Origin: Perkinsus chesapeaki ATCC PRA-425
Taxonomy: Eukaryota > Protista > Perkinsozoa
Length of the DNA stretch: 64,000 bases
NCBI GenBank assembly: GCA_013115145.1
Contig: JAAPAO010000121.1
Coordinates: 6,392 to 70,391 of the forward strand
Direction: 5' to 3'
Both the position numbers and the translations under genes were made by a program. The notes beneath the pieces were generated by a model. It searched no databases, was not told the DNA's origin, and worked only from the letters and a program-made list of their open reading frames with translations. This document shows, in pieces, positions 1-11,695 of this stretch; the stretch's first letter is position 1, and each line of letters starts with the position of its first letter.

Positions 1-1025
1 GAGTGATGATGGCTTCTGGATCTCCTCGTACTTCTACTTCGGCTCCTATGACGCCTATGCGAGCGCATCGAACTTTCATGGTCTCCACGTCGGCGAGTGT
101 CGTCATAGTCTCGTGAGCCACGACGATGATAATCATTGCCACGAGAAGATGATCTAATATGGTCTCCATGGTGATGTCGGTGGTCATGATGACTTGAGGC
201 TAGTCTGGAGTCGTCGGGGGGAGAGGGGCGACGGGAGGAGGAGGAGGACTCAGGACCCTTACGATCATAACTGCTGCCTCGGTAACTGCCGCTTGGTCTT
301 GATCGATGATTGCTGCTGTCGTAGTTGTTGTAGGAATCACTGCGTTGTGCTCTGCTGCTAGACATAACGTAGCGAAGAATGAAGGCCAGCACGGACACTG
401 AAAGCTCAAAGTGAGAACAAATGCACAGCAATACACGAGCTTGATCTATTTTGTATCAAAAGCGAATCAACCTAAGATACGCGGCTAACCCGAGCCATTT
501 TCAACACTACCAATGAACTCAAATCCGGATAGGAAGTGGCATCCGGTTCTTCACTCAGGCACCCTTCGGCGCATCATGCTGCTCTCGTGGTTCAAGATGA
601 TGATCAATAATAACCTATCATTAGTACAACGACAATAACAGTATAGCCGATAAGGCCAGCTTTAAGCCAGGATGCACCTTTTAGGATGTCTTCTCCGCCG
701 CTGGTATTAGCAGGGGCAATCTCCGAGGCTGCTCTTATCTAAGGGAAGGTATCCCAGGTGTCAATCCTCCACTGAAAGATTCAAAATAGGTTAGTTGAGC
801 AACCTTAGAGGAGCCCACAAGGGAGATATGAGACCCGAAGGATGGAACTATTGGACCACTTCCCGCCCTACAGCGGTCGTACAGTACAAGATTACCAGAA
901 AATCTTCAGAGTGCGATTAAGATACAAGATACGGAATAGATCAGTAGGGAGACCACTTCTCGACCATTGCTTACGATTAAGGTTCCTTTCCAATCCCTCA
1001 AGGGAACATTACCCTCAAATTTCAT
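1..1025 (-). CDS. Spliced gene, partial (runs off window start), encoding an Arg/Ser/His-rich (RS-like) low-complexity region
   Basis: Minus-strand exon 357..1 after a tctAG acceptor is open: SRAQRSDSYNNYDSSNHRSRPSGSYRGSS...RRHRSRSRSTRRSRSHHH. An upstream mini-exon VDSLLIQNRSS joins in phase. The candidate ATG at 1025 (MKFEGNVPLRDWKGTLI followed by gtaagc) is tentative. Confidence 0.55.
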
Positions 1026-1144
1026 TTTTACATAGCAATAACATGCAGCACGTGAAACCACCGATACATTAAGGAAACGCAAGATCTTACAAGATTGCAA
1101 GATTTAATGAGCGCGCCCTCCCAGTGGCTTCGTTGAGCTCCACG

Positions 1145-3087
1145 ATGCTGTTTTACTTTTCATTGGCGATACCCTTCTTTGGGTTCTTCGCCTTTGTCCT
1201 CTATGCTGGGCTCCTCCTTACCTTCTATGCTCTCACCTACTCTCATCCTCTCCCAGCTAGCTGTGCCGATTGCCTAGAGTGCGGCAACTACATCCTTCAA
1301 GCCGGTGTCTTGAAGTGGCTCTGGAACCTATTCCTTCTGTTGGTTGCTCTATGGGCCACCTATTACATCCGTACGGGCCATTCCACCCCGAGGCTCCAGT
1401 TCTCCGATAACATCGCATGGATAGTTCGCAGGTGCCACACCCTCCGCCGAGGCTTCTGGCCAAGTTTCGCTGCCTTCGATGGCCACAGTCAATCAGCCAT
1501 GTTCGCGGTCTGGCCAGGCATGAGTTTGGCCTTAAAGAAGGTCTCTGTAGAGTTCGCCCGAGAAGATATCATTATGGAGGACGGCGGCACCATTGCGCTG
1601 GACTGGGCTGTCGAGACCGAGGCCGTCCCGGAGGACGCTCCGATCCTCGTCATGCTGCCCGGAGTGGTCGGCGAATCCCACAATCCTTACATGAAGTCTC
1701 TCATCCACTATTGCCGTTCTAGACGCCAGTGGAGATTTGTTTGCAAGAATTGGCGGGGTTTCGGTGGCTCCGAGCTGACCGACGAGCGTCAGGTTCCCGA
1801 GGCATGGGACGCCCGCAGCGTTAAAGACCTGTACGAGTGCATTCAACACATCCATCGAAGGTATCCCGAAGCCAAAGTCCTTGGCTGCGGCTTCTCCTTG
1901 GGAGCCAGTATGATGTCATCGCTGGTCGGCCACTACAAGGACCAATTGAACGGTCTCGTGGCCGGAGTGGTGTGCCTGTCGGGACCGTGCTCTTATGAGA
2001 CGGCAATGAACAGGATGTATCATCTGAAACCCTTACCGTACGATTGGATCAACATGGGTGTGCTGTGGAAGAATCTTCGCAAGTACGTGGAGAGCCCAGA
2101 GTCCCGGTGGAGGGAGACACTCGGCGATAAGCAGCTGATGCTCGTCGATGAGGTGATGTGCCAACGGCAAAGTCCCAAGGAGTTCTACAACATGCTCATG
2201 CCGGCCAACGCATGGGTGTGGCATAATTTGGTCACTATTAAATTTCTGGGGTACAAAACGGTCGAAGAGTACGCAAGGGAGATGAGCCTCTACGGTCTGA
2301 AGGCGCTCTCTATGATCGAAACTCCGACGCTGTTATTGTACGCCGATGATGATCCTGTAGTGCCACCGTACTCTACATGGGAATATGAGGCTGAAGCTAA
2401 GGACAGCCCTGGGTGCGTGGTGGCTAGATGCCCTAGAGGAGGCCATTGCGGGTTCTTCAGCGGTAGTAGTAGGGGGGTCAATGGGGCTTTGGTGTGCATC
2501 CGAGGCCTGTTGGCCAAGGTGAATGTCTGAACTTGTCAATGGTATTTAGTGTTTCGTAATAATAACTCAACATTGTGGATATATTTAATCTTTACGTAGT
2601 CGCTGGTAGTCGAGATTTGATCACTCATCGAAGGGGTCAACTTCAAAGGGTTTCCAAAAATTGGTCTTCTTTCCAGAATGGTTAATCCACTCCACTGGCA
2701 GTGTCTTGCTTACTTATCGACTAGTAAGAGAACAGATATCTAAAATGATGATACGACACACTTACGCAGCTGGCCCATGCTGTGTGGTCTCTACTAGTTT
2801 CCTTCTTCTCCCACTTCTACGTGGATCCCAGGGCATACTGGACTTTGGTCTCGGTGTTGCGTATGTTGGTCTATAATATCGATAAGGCTACTATCCTCAT
2901 TATAACCCAGCAGCCCGCCGTCCATATCTCCCTTCGTTCAGGTCCCTTGTGTCGTAGTTGGAAGAACCGTGTTACGTTTGAGTTCCTTGCCAATGCATTA
3001 GATGGCCCAGGAGCAGCCGCCAAGGCCTCCAAGGACAAGTCCCCATCCTCCGACTCCACGGCCGCCGCCCCCGAGAGTCCAGAGTGA
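1145..3087 (+). CDS. Alpha/beta hydrolase, ABHD1/2/3-YheT (LACT) type, N-terminal membrane anchor, 2 exons
   Basis: ILVMLPGVVGES, nucleophile elbow GFSLGAS, acid DDP and GGHCGF. Splicing 2462^2942 (GT..AG) gives GGHCGFFSGPLCRSWKNRVTFEFL, the usual family C-terminus. First ATG is at 1145. Confidence 0.85.
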
Positions 3088-3493
3088 AATCTGGTTATAT
3101 TGCAATATTTGTATAGTCGGAGGGACGGGCGGTGGCGGCGGCGGCGCTCCTCCCTCCTCTGACAGTTGCCTCGATTTGTAACCGTTACTAGTGTTATTGG
3201 TTCATTGCGTACTGTATTGTGTTGGGTGAAATATAGTGCTTGATATTTCTTATCGTCGTGGGGGATAGCTTGAAGATATTAACGCTCGTCCTTCGAGAAG
3301 CTGTCTGAAAAAGACGCTTTTTGTATCATCATCATCGTCATCATATATACATATCTTATATTCAATTAACTATTATTGGTTGGTGATCTCTACCCTGCTC
3401 GCCAGAAAGGCATGATGCCTGCCAGTCGTTCAACACATATGTTAATCACCTCATCGTCATTGTCCTTGTAGTGTTAGAGCCTTTTCTCTTTTC

Positions 3494-6199
3494 ATGTCCA
3501 GCAGTAGACCAGGTCAGCAGCAACAACAACACTACACCGACATTAACGTCACAATGCGAAGAGGTTCATCGAGCTATCGAGCTGCTGCCAGATCGACAAA
3601 AGCCTTACAGCCTCCCGACGACAGTCAGCAGTTGATCGACCCTATCACCGTTGAAAAACGCGGCACTGCCAGCACTATCGAGGATACGCCTAGTGCCAGG
3701 CTCGACCCTGTGCCGGGTGATACAGGAGGACCGGCCTCGACGGCAGCAGCAGCAAGCACCATCCCGCAGAAGCCTCCGGTGAAGGCCGAGAAGCTCCTGA
3801 ACGTCCTGCTGCAGCAACTGAGTTGCGCGGAGCATGTGGCCTTCAACCTGCTCGATGGTGTCCGATGTGATGCCAATCATGTATCCTTCTTCTGCCGGGA
3901 ATACTTCAACACCGCTGCGATCGACTCTGGCATGACCATGTCGAAGTACTCTACTGTGGCTGCCGTGGAGCCGAAGCTGAAAAAACAAATTAAAACAGCG
4001 ATGGTTATCGAGATGTCCGCAGTCGCCCTGTGTAGTGTCATTTGCGGTCTGTCCTCCCAGTCGTCCGAGTGGGCTCAGGTGGTGCCCTTGGTGGTGAAGG
4101 CGAGGCTCAGGGCCCTCCTCCAGCACGTCCATGAGAACGTACTGCTTCTCATCGACTATGTCTGCCAGAAGGCTGTAGAGTTCCCCGGTGACTTCGAATC
4201 CAACCCCTACAGCATCGCCAACTTCGATCTCAATATTCTCTATCTAGCCAAGCGCTACCGCGCCATGGGCAAGGTCGGCCATGTGAACGCGTTGACCCAG
4301 AACAACGAGGAGGCGGAAGGTCTCATCGGGCAACTTTGCAAGTCCCTCTCGGCTACCACTACCAGTAGGATCCGCGGGAGCACTCTCGGCGATCAGATCA
4401 GTGGCCTGGTCACTGAGGTCCTCGGCAATGCTCACAAGACGTCTCTTGGTGTCATTCGTGGGAGGTATCTGCAAGGCCTCAGATTTAGACCGGTTGAAGG
4501 GCAGGTCTACGAAAGATACGAAAAGGTTGCGAGTGACCAGAGTGCTGCCTCGCCACTACCGCCCCCGCCAATCACAGTGTGCTTCGAGCCTCTACCGCCA
4601 ATGCTGCCCCATTTGATAAGGATGAAACCGCTCCTGCCAGCTCACCACAGCGGAGCTTCGGGCTACACAGCTGTCATTGACTTGGACGAGACCTTGGTAC
4701 ACTACTCAGAGGTTGAGGGTGTCGGCGGGAGGTTCGAGATGCGCCCTGGATGCGTGGAGTTCCTGGCGAGGCTAGCTTTTATCGGATGCGAGGTTGTCAT
4801 CTTCACTGCGGCCACACAGGACTATGCCGACTGGGTGGTGGATCAACTGGAGTCCCTCAGAGGAGTCCGAATTCACCACCGACTGTATCGCCAGCACGCT
4901 CTTCCTTGGGGGCCTATCTTCGTCAAAGATCTCACCAGGCTTGGAAGGCGGCTCGACCGCACCATCATTGTTGATAATGTAAAGGAGAATTTCATGCTCC
5001 AACCAGACAACGGCATTTTCATTTTCCCGTGGTACAGCGAGCGAGATGACACAGCTTTATTTGACCTCTTGCCGGTCTTCGAGGAGCTGGTTGCCACCAG
5101 AGTGTCGGTGCCAGTAATCCTGAACAAATACAAGGATGAAATCCCCTCCTGGGCTGGCTTTGATGGCATCGATGTTGAAGAGTGCGGCGTGGCCAATCAG
5201 TTGGCCCTGGCAGCAGCGACCATTCCCGAAGACGGTGGTGTCCTGGCCGCTGGCAACAAGATCACCGGTGCGTTCCAGGCTCCCCCGCCTCCACCAGCGG
5301 CCCACCATGACCACCCTAAGGCGGCGGTGCCTGAGTCTCAGAGGTTCCCTGGTACTCCTATGCGGGTATACGAGAAGTCTGCTGCCAACAACGGTGGTAC
5401 AGGGGCTCGAGTGCAGGCGGTGGGCATGGAGAGTGCTGCCACTAGCCATCGTGTTGTCGTGATGAACATTGGTGAGCAGTCGGCAAAGTTGGATTATAAT
5501 ACAGTAGAGAGTACACCGGTGGCGAGGCCGTATAGTGGGAGGATAATATATAGTGGAGCAGGTGAGCCTGCAGACATGATGCATTGTGTGATGCTGTCTT
5601 GTTCTGACTCTCTTTCAGCTCAAATGACACCGTCAGTGATGAGCACTGGTCACGCCCCGCACAGTGCTGCAGTTTATGGTAGCACCTCGGTCCCCCAGAC
5701 ACCGATGGTTGCTCACCGTCAAGTGTTCCAAGTTGGTCTACCCCCTCTTCAACAGAGTCTATTCTCGCCCTATTACCAGCCTTATCAATACCAGCAACCG
5801 TCGCAGCTCTCCACAGCCGGCGTCACGGCGTCACAGCCCTTCACAGTGAGGGTCCAGGCTGCTACCAGAGCGATCGGGGCGATGCCGGCCAGTCCAGTGA
5901 TGGGCACTCGAATGATAATGAGCGCAACTAACAGGGCGGCGAACGCAGCAGCGCCGCCACCACCACAGCACCACTTTGCCCATTATGCTCCGAGCCCTCG
6001 CCAGGTTAGTGTGCTGCTATGCCGACTGTTTATTTATCTTTGTTGTTAGGTTGCATCGTGGCCTTCGCCATCTCAAGTTATACCTCCATCGCCTTTGGTG
6101 AGCAGTAGGATTATAACCACCCACCAGCCCAACGTGATGACCTCACCATCATTCTGGCACCAATCGGAGCAGCAAACCGCAGCGGTGATTCGTCTCTAA
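3494..6199 (+). CDS. FCP1/SCP (NIF domain) HAD-family phosphatase with long low-complexity flanks
   Basis: DLDETLVH (DxDxT motif), VIFTAATQDYADWVVD, HRLYRQH, FVKDLTRLGR and IIVDN..QPDNGI. A phase-0 intron at 6005-6049 adds a terminal exon ending TAA at 6199. Confidence 0.88.
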
Positions 6200-6663
6200 T
6201 AGATCCCTCGCTGAAGTTGTTTATTAGTATCGCAGCTGAAGTACGAACTTGCCGTCTCTGCACTCCACGTTTAATGTCCGTGTCAGGTCATCACTGTAGT
6301 CGCCGTATCGATACAAGGCCTATTAGTCTTAACAAATGGGTGACTAGCAGCAGCCCTCGATGACGCCGCTGCTACTGCCTCCTTGCCGTATTCCCCATCA
6401 CCACTGTTATGATGTGGGGTACTATCAGTACAGTATCGTCACCGTCATCCTGCATCATTATTATTAAGTGCATGTCTATCTGGTGCGTGCTGATCGTTAG
6501 ACGACGACGTCCCCTAGTAATCTCCTTCTTCTGAGGAAGGAGCGGTATGTTAATCGTACACAAGTACAGCAAAGCATGAAACATGTTTAAGCATATTCCC
6601 TCTGACTTGTGTTCGAGTCAATTCCCGTCAATCCTACCGCCCGCAGTACCTGCTTGCCTCACC

Positions 6664-8043
6664 ATGCATCGCGGAGCCTTCCACGACCGTTTCGGTGACA
6701 CCAGCTGCATCGTCCTTGTGGTCATCCACTGCAGGAGCACCGAGCAAGCTGCTGAGCAGGCAAAGATAGCCCTGGCCTCCGGTGTGCACGGTATCCTGCT
6801 CATCAACCAAATTGAAGGCCCTGAAGGGTCCGTGTCGACCCTGCCACTTGAGTCTGATTTTATCCCAATCATACTGGCCGTTCGCAAGGCCGTTGGTGAC
6901 AAGCCCTTCCTTGGTATCAACTGCCTCGCCGTTACCGCTGATAAAGCCCTTCCCATCCTGGCTGAGCTACTGCCCGACTGCAAGATCGATGCCTACTGGG
7001 CTGATGACGCCAGAATCGACGAGAGACAGCCTTCCCATGCCCAACGTGAAGCTTATAATATCTCTGAAGTCTGGTCACGGTTCCCACAGTTCGGTCTCTA
7101 CTTCGGTGGTGTTGCCTTTAAAAAGCAGCGTGAAGTGGCCGCGGATGACTGGGCTCGAGCAGCCTGGTTGGCGGCCCCCTTCATGGACGTCATCACTACC
7201 TCTGGCGTGGCTACTGGTGTTGCTGCAGAGGTGGAAAAACTTATAAGGTTTCGTCGATCGGCCGGAAACAGCGCCATTGCTGTCGGGTCCGGTGTCACTC
7301 CAGACAACGTCGACAGTTATCTGCCATTTGTGGACTGTCTCATTGTGGCTACAGGAGTGTCAAAGTCATTCCACCAGCTCGACGTGGAGAAGCTTAATAG
7401 TCTCATGGTGAAGTGCCGACGCTATCCTTGGTATGCTAGTCTAATGCAACCCCGTACGCGACGGCCACCCTCCGAGTTCGCCTGGCTGGACCCCTCGGCA
7501 ATATACGGCGACAAGCACGGTTGGTCGGCCCTGCTGGGTGATCTGCGCAGCAGGATACAAAATGAGGTCGGTGAGCACCGCGTGGCTGCCATCGCGGGAA
7601 TTGATGCAACTGGCTTCGTCACTGGCGGGGCCCTCAGTGCCCTCCTGGGCGTCCCCTTCATAATAATGCGGAAGGCGGACAAGCTTTGTGTTGAAACTGT
7701 TGGCATTGATTACACTGACTACTCCGGCAAGCAGAAGACCTTGGAAATCCGTACGCCTTTGATGGTCGCTACTGATGACGACAGGGACGGTGTCGTTGTG
7801 GTGGACCAGTGGATAGAGACAGGTCACACAATGCGCGCTGCTGTCGAACTACTCAAGACCGTCGGTCTTCGGGTTATATCTACCGTCACTGTGGCGGCCG
7901 AATCACAGGGTCGGCCGCTGGTGGAAGTAGCTCTGCTCGAGGGCAAGGTCATCACAGCGCTGAATGGTCCTGTTATCCAGAAGGAGATCGATGCTCACTT
8001 CGTGGAAAGTTTCAAAGGCCATGCCGGCTTTAAAGATCGATAA
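6664..8043 (+). CDS. Intronless fusion: BtpA/SgcQ-like TIM barrel + type I phosphoribosyltransferase (APRT-like)
   Basis: N-half VLVVIHC...GVHGILLIN, FGGVAFKKQR, DVITTSGVATG, AVGSGVTPDNV, LIVATGVS resembles the BtpA family. C-half IAGIDATGF..GGALSALLGVPFIIMRKADKL and VVVVDQWIETGHT resembles APRT. Single uninterrupted ORF; likely start MHRGAF at 6664. Confidence 0.8.
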   Translation: MHRGAFHDRFGDTSCIVLVVIHCRSTEQAAEQAKIALASGVHGILLINQIEGPEGSVSTLPLESDFIPIILAVRKAVGDKPFLGINCLAVTADKALPILAELLPDCKIDAYWADDARIDERQPSHAQREAYNISEVWSRFPQFGLYFGGVAFKKQREVAADDWARAAWLAAPFMDVITTSGVATGVAAEVEKLIRFRRSAGNSAIAVGSGVTPDNVDSYLPFVDCLIVATGVSKSFHQLDVEKLNSLMVKCRRYPWYASLMQPRTRRPPSEFAWLDPSAIYGDKHGWSALLGDLRSRIQNEVGEHRVAAIAGIDATGFVTGGALSALLGVPFIIMRKADKLCVETVGIDYTDYSGKQKTLEIRTPLMVATDDDRDGVVVVDQWIETGHTMRAAVELLKTVGLRVISTVTVAAESQGRPLVEVALLEGKVITALNGPVIQKEIDAHFVESFKGHAGFKDR

Positions 8044-8188
8044 CGGCGGTGTTTGCTTGACGTTCGAGGAGCGGCATCAAATCTTAGTAGCGTGATTCTT
8101 ACTTGTTACCTTCTGAACTTTACATAATTTTTTTCTTTGCTGACGCTGTCTAGTATGAGTGCAAAAATAAAACCTGTTGGCAGTCAAC

Positions 8189-9000
8189 ATGCCGTCAACA
8201 GCGACTGCTGCTGCGAAAGAGAAAGTTGTCGAAGGGGAACTGCCACCTTCGGGAGCTCTGTCGGCCAGGTACTGGTCAAAGTACAGGCATTCTAGAAACT
8301 CTCGGAAGCCTTGCAAGATCAACGTAATTCCGCCACTGCACAATCGGGCTCGGTTTTGGCACCTTTCGACAGATCAAGACTGACGATCCCCCGGCTGACC
8401 ATAAAGGTCTGAAGGCTTTTGCGTACCGGGAAAATGAAGCAAGGTAGCCCTTGTAGGTCGCGTGTGCCGTGAAGCTTGTTGTGACATAGGAACCTTGGCA
8501 AGCCCGAGTACACCGTAGTAGAGGGTGTTACGTCGGTACAAGTATTCTCAAAGATACCCAACTTCACGGACTTCACCGCGGAGCTGGTGCAAATCCAACC
8601 GGTGCGTCATCATTGACTGCATCAGACTCCAGGTCCTCTGCTCATTTACTCTTAGGGATTCTCGGTGCCGACAGAGCGGTACGCTTTGGGCGACATTTTC
8701 GTGATTGTCCTCGACTGTGCGGATGGAGAGCTCGAGTGTCTGATGGGGAAGGACACCAAGTCGGTGGATGGGGAGCTGGATGATGGAGCTACCGTTCTCT
8801 GGCAGAATCCCCTGCAGTCGGCATGCAATGTTGGTCATTCCGCAAGGCATCCGATATAGCTTCTATAATGGATCAAGAGAAGTAGATGCCATGCTGAAAG
8901 TGAGGCGGTATTGAGGGCGCACTAATATCGCTCTGTGCTCCTGCTGGATCGAAGTGGCCAGAATACCGACTGGGGAAGTTGCAGTCTGATAGAACTCTGA
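8189..9000 (+). CDS. Spliced cupin-fold (RmlC-like) protein; 3' end uncertain
   Basis: Phase-consistent exons give VQVFSKIPNFTDFTAELVQIQPGFSVPTERYALGDIFVIVLDCADGELECLMGKDTKIPCSRHAMLVIPQGIRYSFYNGSREVDAML. The spacing matches cupin motif 1 (PG) and motif 2 (iPxG..Y...N). Confidence 0.5.
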
Positions 9001-9404
9001 CTGCCTTTGGATTCTCCGTCGCTGAGAGATGTCAAGGTTTGGTTTGAGGACTAGCACGCGCATTATCACTCTTAAGAGTTTCTGTGCGAGGCCGTAGGTG
9101 TGGTGAAAATATTCGCCTTGCTGAAAAGGTTACTCAAAAACACCTTTTCCCTGTGACAGCCTGCAGTCGGTAACGTATTGTTCATACTCGACTCTTGTTG
9201 ATCAGATACTAAAGGCAACCCCTTGTCAAGCATGATAGCTCAACTTAATATCTGTACTCTGTATCCTACTACTACTGCTGGCTCTCCTCATAATAATATT
9301 ATAATTGCATGGACCGTCTCAAGCCGACAGAGTTTAGTTATATATCGAACTCCAAGCCAACTCGGAACCTACCAAGTGTGTCGCAGCCCTAGCTGTTCAC
9401 CAAA

Positions 9405-11150
9405 ATGGTGCGGTCTTCTTCGGACCCAATAGAGCAGCAAGCCAATCGCGAAGGCGCTGTAACGACTGAGAGTCCGCCGTTCGACTATATCGTACCGGCA
9501 TTGATGGTGTCTGTGGTCGTGCTTGGAGCGTTCAATAATCTCCTAGGTCGAATGAGAGCTGTAAGCGTCGACATCCGGCCACTGTATCAACCTTTCAACC
9601 TTACGCAGGTGCCGTTGGGCCAGTATGATTTCTTCACAGCTGTGCTCAATGCAATTATCTACGTCATAGTCTGGAGCAGTGTAAGTCTTCCAGCCGCCCA
9701 TCTCATATGCAGGTCGGCATTGCCGTTATCTATTCGGCTCCGCGAGTTCATAGGTTTACGATCCACTTGCAACTAATGTCTACAGCACGTTTAGCGGAGC
9801 CTAGTGGGGATGGCTTCTCCTTGGGCAGGTCTTCCTCTCCCGCCGATATGCTCTAAAAGTTGTCCCTAAGGAGCAAGCAGCCTTCGTATGGTCGGCCAGA
9901 GGGAAGTGGCTCATCCTCATGTTTGGTGGCCTTGGCGACGGTGACCTTCCAGTTCCTCTATGATAATATCATGTTCGTATTTCAGCCATCGGCGGCCTTC
10001 TCGGCTTCATAGGCCAGCCCTACGTCAGTGGTGTGATGTACTCTTTAATGAACCAAGCTATCGTAACCGCCTCACTCCGCAGTGCTGCTGCTGCGTAGCA
10101 TCTCCTCTCAGGTCCCATTCACCGTTATCTTCTCCCTGGTTATTCTTGGCACCCGATACATCAGCCTCGAACTTATAGGCGTTGTTGTTGTAGCCACGTA
10201 TGCTTGTCTGACACAGGCCGAGTTTTCCTGTTGAGGTTCTTTTGGCGGTCTGCATATCGATGCATAACTTTTCGGCGTCTCATTCGGATCCTTTCATGGC
10301 AGCTCTGATCGCCCTCAGCACCTCGGGAAATGCCCTATCCTTTGTAACTTCCTTGTCAAAGTCTTTCCCACGCTATAAGCCAGGTTCTCAAGGAGAAGGT
10401 CTTTCGGGACTTCATCGCCAAACAGACCACAGCGATCGAGGAGCCGCTACTTGTAGAGCAAAGGTAAGCAACATATGCTATGTTGAGTTTATCTTACTTA
10501 TCTCTCATCAGGCCAGGAGCTATTCCCCGTAAGCTTGACATCTTCGTTGTCAACTGCTGTGTATCAGTCTTCCAAGTTGTCTGGCTGTTGCCTGTAAGGA
10601 GTGTTTGTATCCCGCCATACCGCACTTTCGAATTTCAGTTGCTCGCGATCGGTCCCGCCATCGGCAAGACCCACGGCTTGGGTCTGTTCGAGTATCTACA
10701 GGAGGCAGGTAGCTGCTTTATCGAGGGATGCCCAAATGCCTGGCAATTGTGAGAACTACTTGGCGATTCTTACTGACCATCAATTCGTCAGATACACGGC
10801 GTACATCTCGCTAAATCTCCTCTACAACGTGGCTCTCCTGTTTCTTGTCCAGAGGGGCTCTGCGCTGCTGGCCTTTGTTAGTCTCAAAGCAGTCACCCCT
10901 GCCTCGGCCGTTTTGTTCTCTATCAAGTACGTACACAACCCCGATTTAAGTGGGATTTCCACGAAGAGAACTCAGTCCGGTTTTTATGACTTCCGCTTTC
11001 AGTTGGCCTATACTCGGTCCATCAACTGTGAGCTGGTTGGACTGGGCAGAAGTCGGCCTCGTAACCATCGGCATAGTAGCATTTCGAGCCGGCAACATCA
11101 GAAAGGAGCAGTACATTAAATCTGGCCAGAGGAAGATCTGTCTTGCTTAA
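9405..11150 (+). CDS. CRT-like (PfCRT/CLT, DMT superfamily) multi-pass transporter, multi-exon
   Basis: Exons LGAFNNLLGRMRAV-PLGQYDFFTAVLNAIIYVIVW, GLGLFEYLQE..CF..GCP and YISLNLLYNVALLFLVQRGSALLAFV resemble CRT/CLT segments. The last exon WPILGPS...KICLA ends at 11150. Confidence 0.72.
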
Positions 11151-11695
11151 GTTGTTCAACTCCGATTCTCATCATACTTATTCAATTCTGTCAGAAACCA
11201 TCATCGATTTTTTCAAGTACTCACAATTAGTTCCTGTTGCGTGCATATAAATGAGACCATCATCTCCCTGCACCACAGTCTACTCTCGGAGGTCACAACC
11301 ACACAGTGGTTGATGTCAATCAATAAGCATGACATCTGTTTTCGAATCGTGGATGAGAGCTCGGCGATTCCAGCTCTTTAATTAAAAGAGTGAACCAGCA
11401 CCCGGGTGAATATTCACCAAGTTCGGGTATCTCTTCGGTGACATGATACTCCGCTCGATGGATGATCATAAGAGCGCGATGTTAGACTAACTAGCAATAA
11501 CGCAACACATGCAAAGTATAAGGCCAAGAGGAAAAGTGGCCACCAGCAAAAGCATACCGTACTGTTTCATGAAAAGTTTTCCTATAAAGGTTATACTCTG
11601 ATTACAAATAAATGCAACAGCACTTTGTGTGAGCAAAGGTGTGGTTCCGTCGAGTATCGGATGGGCACCGCTCCGCGCATCAAGTGCTATCAATA

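Noticed and set aside
200-436. 78-aa minus ORF from the track
   Set aside because: Shadow frame overlapping the RS-rich exon and its intron.
3605-5702. Long antisense and alternate-frame ORFs (up to 175 aa) over the phosphatase
   Set aside because: Typical shadows of a GC-rich coding strand, with no motifs.
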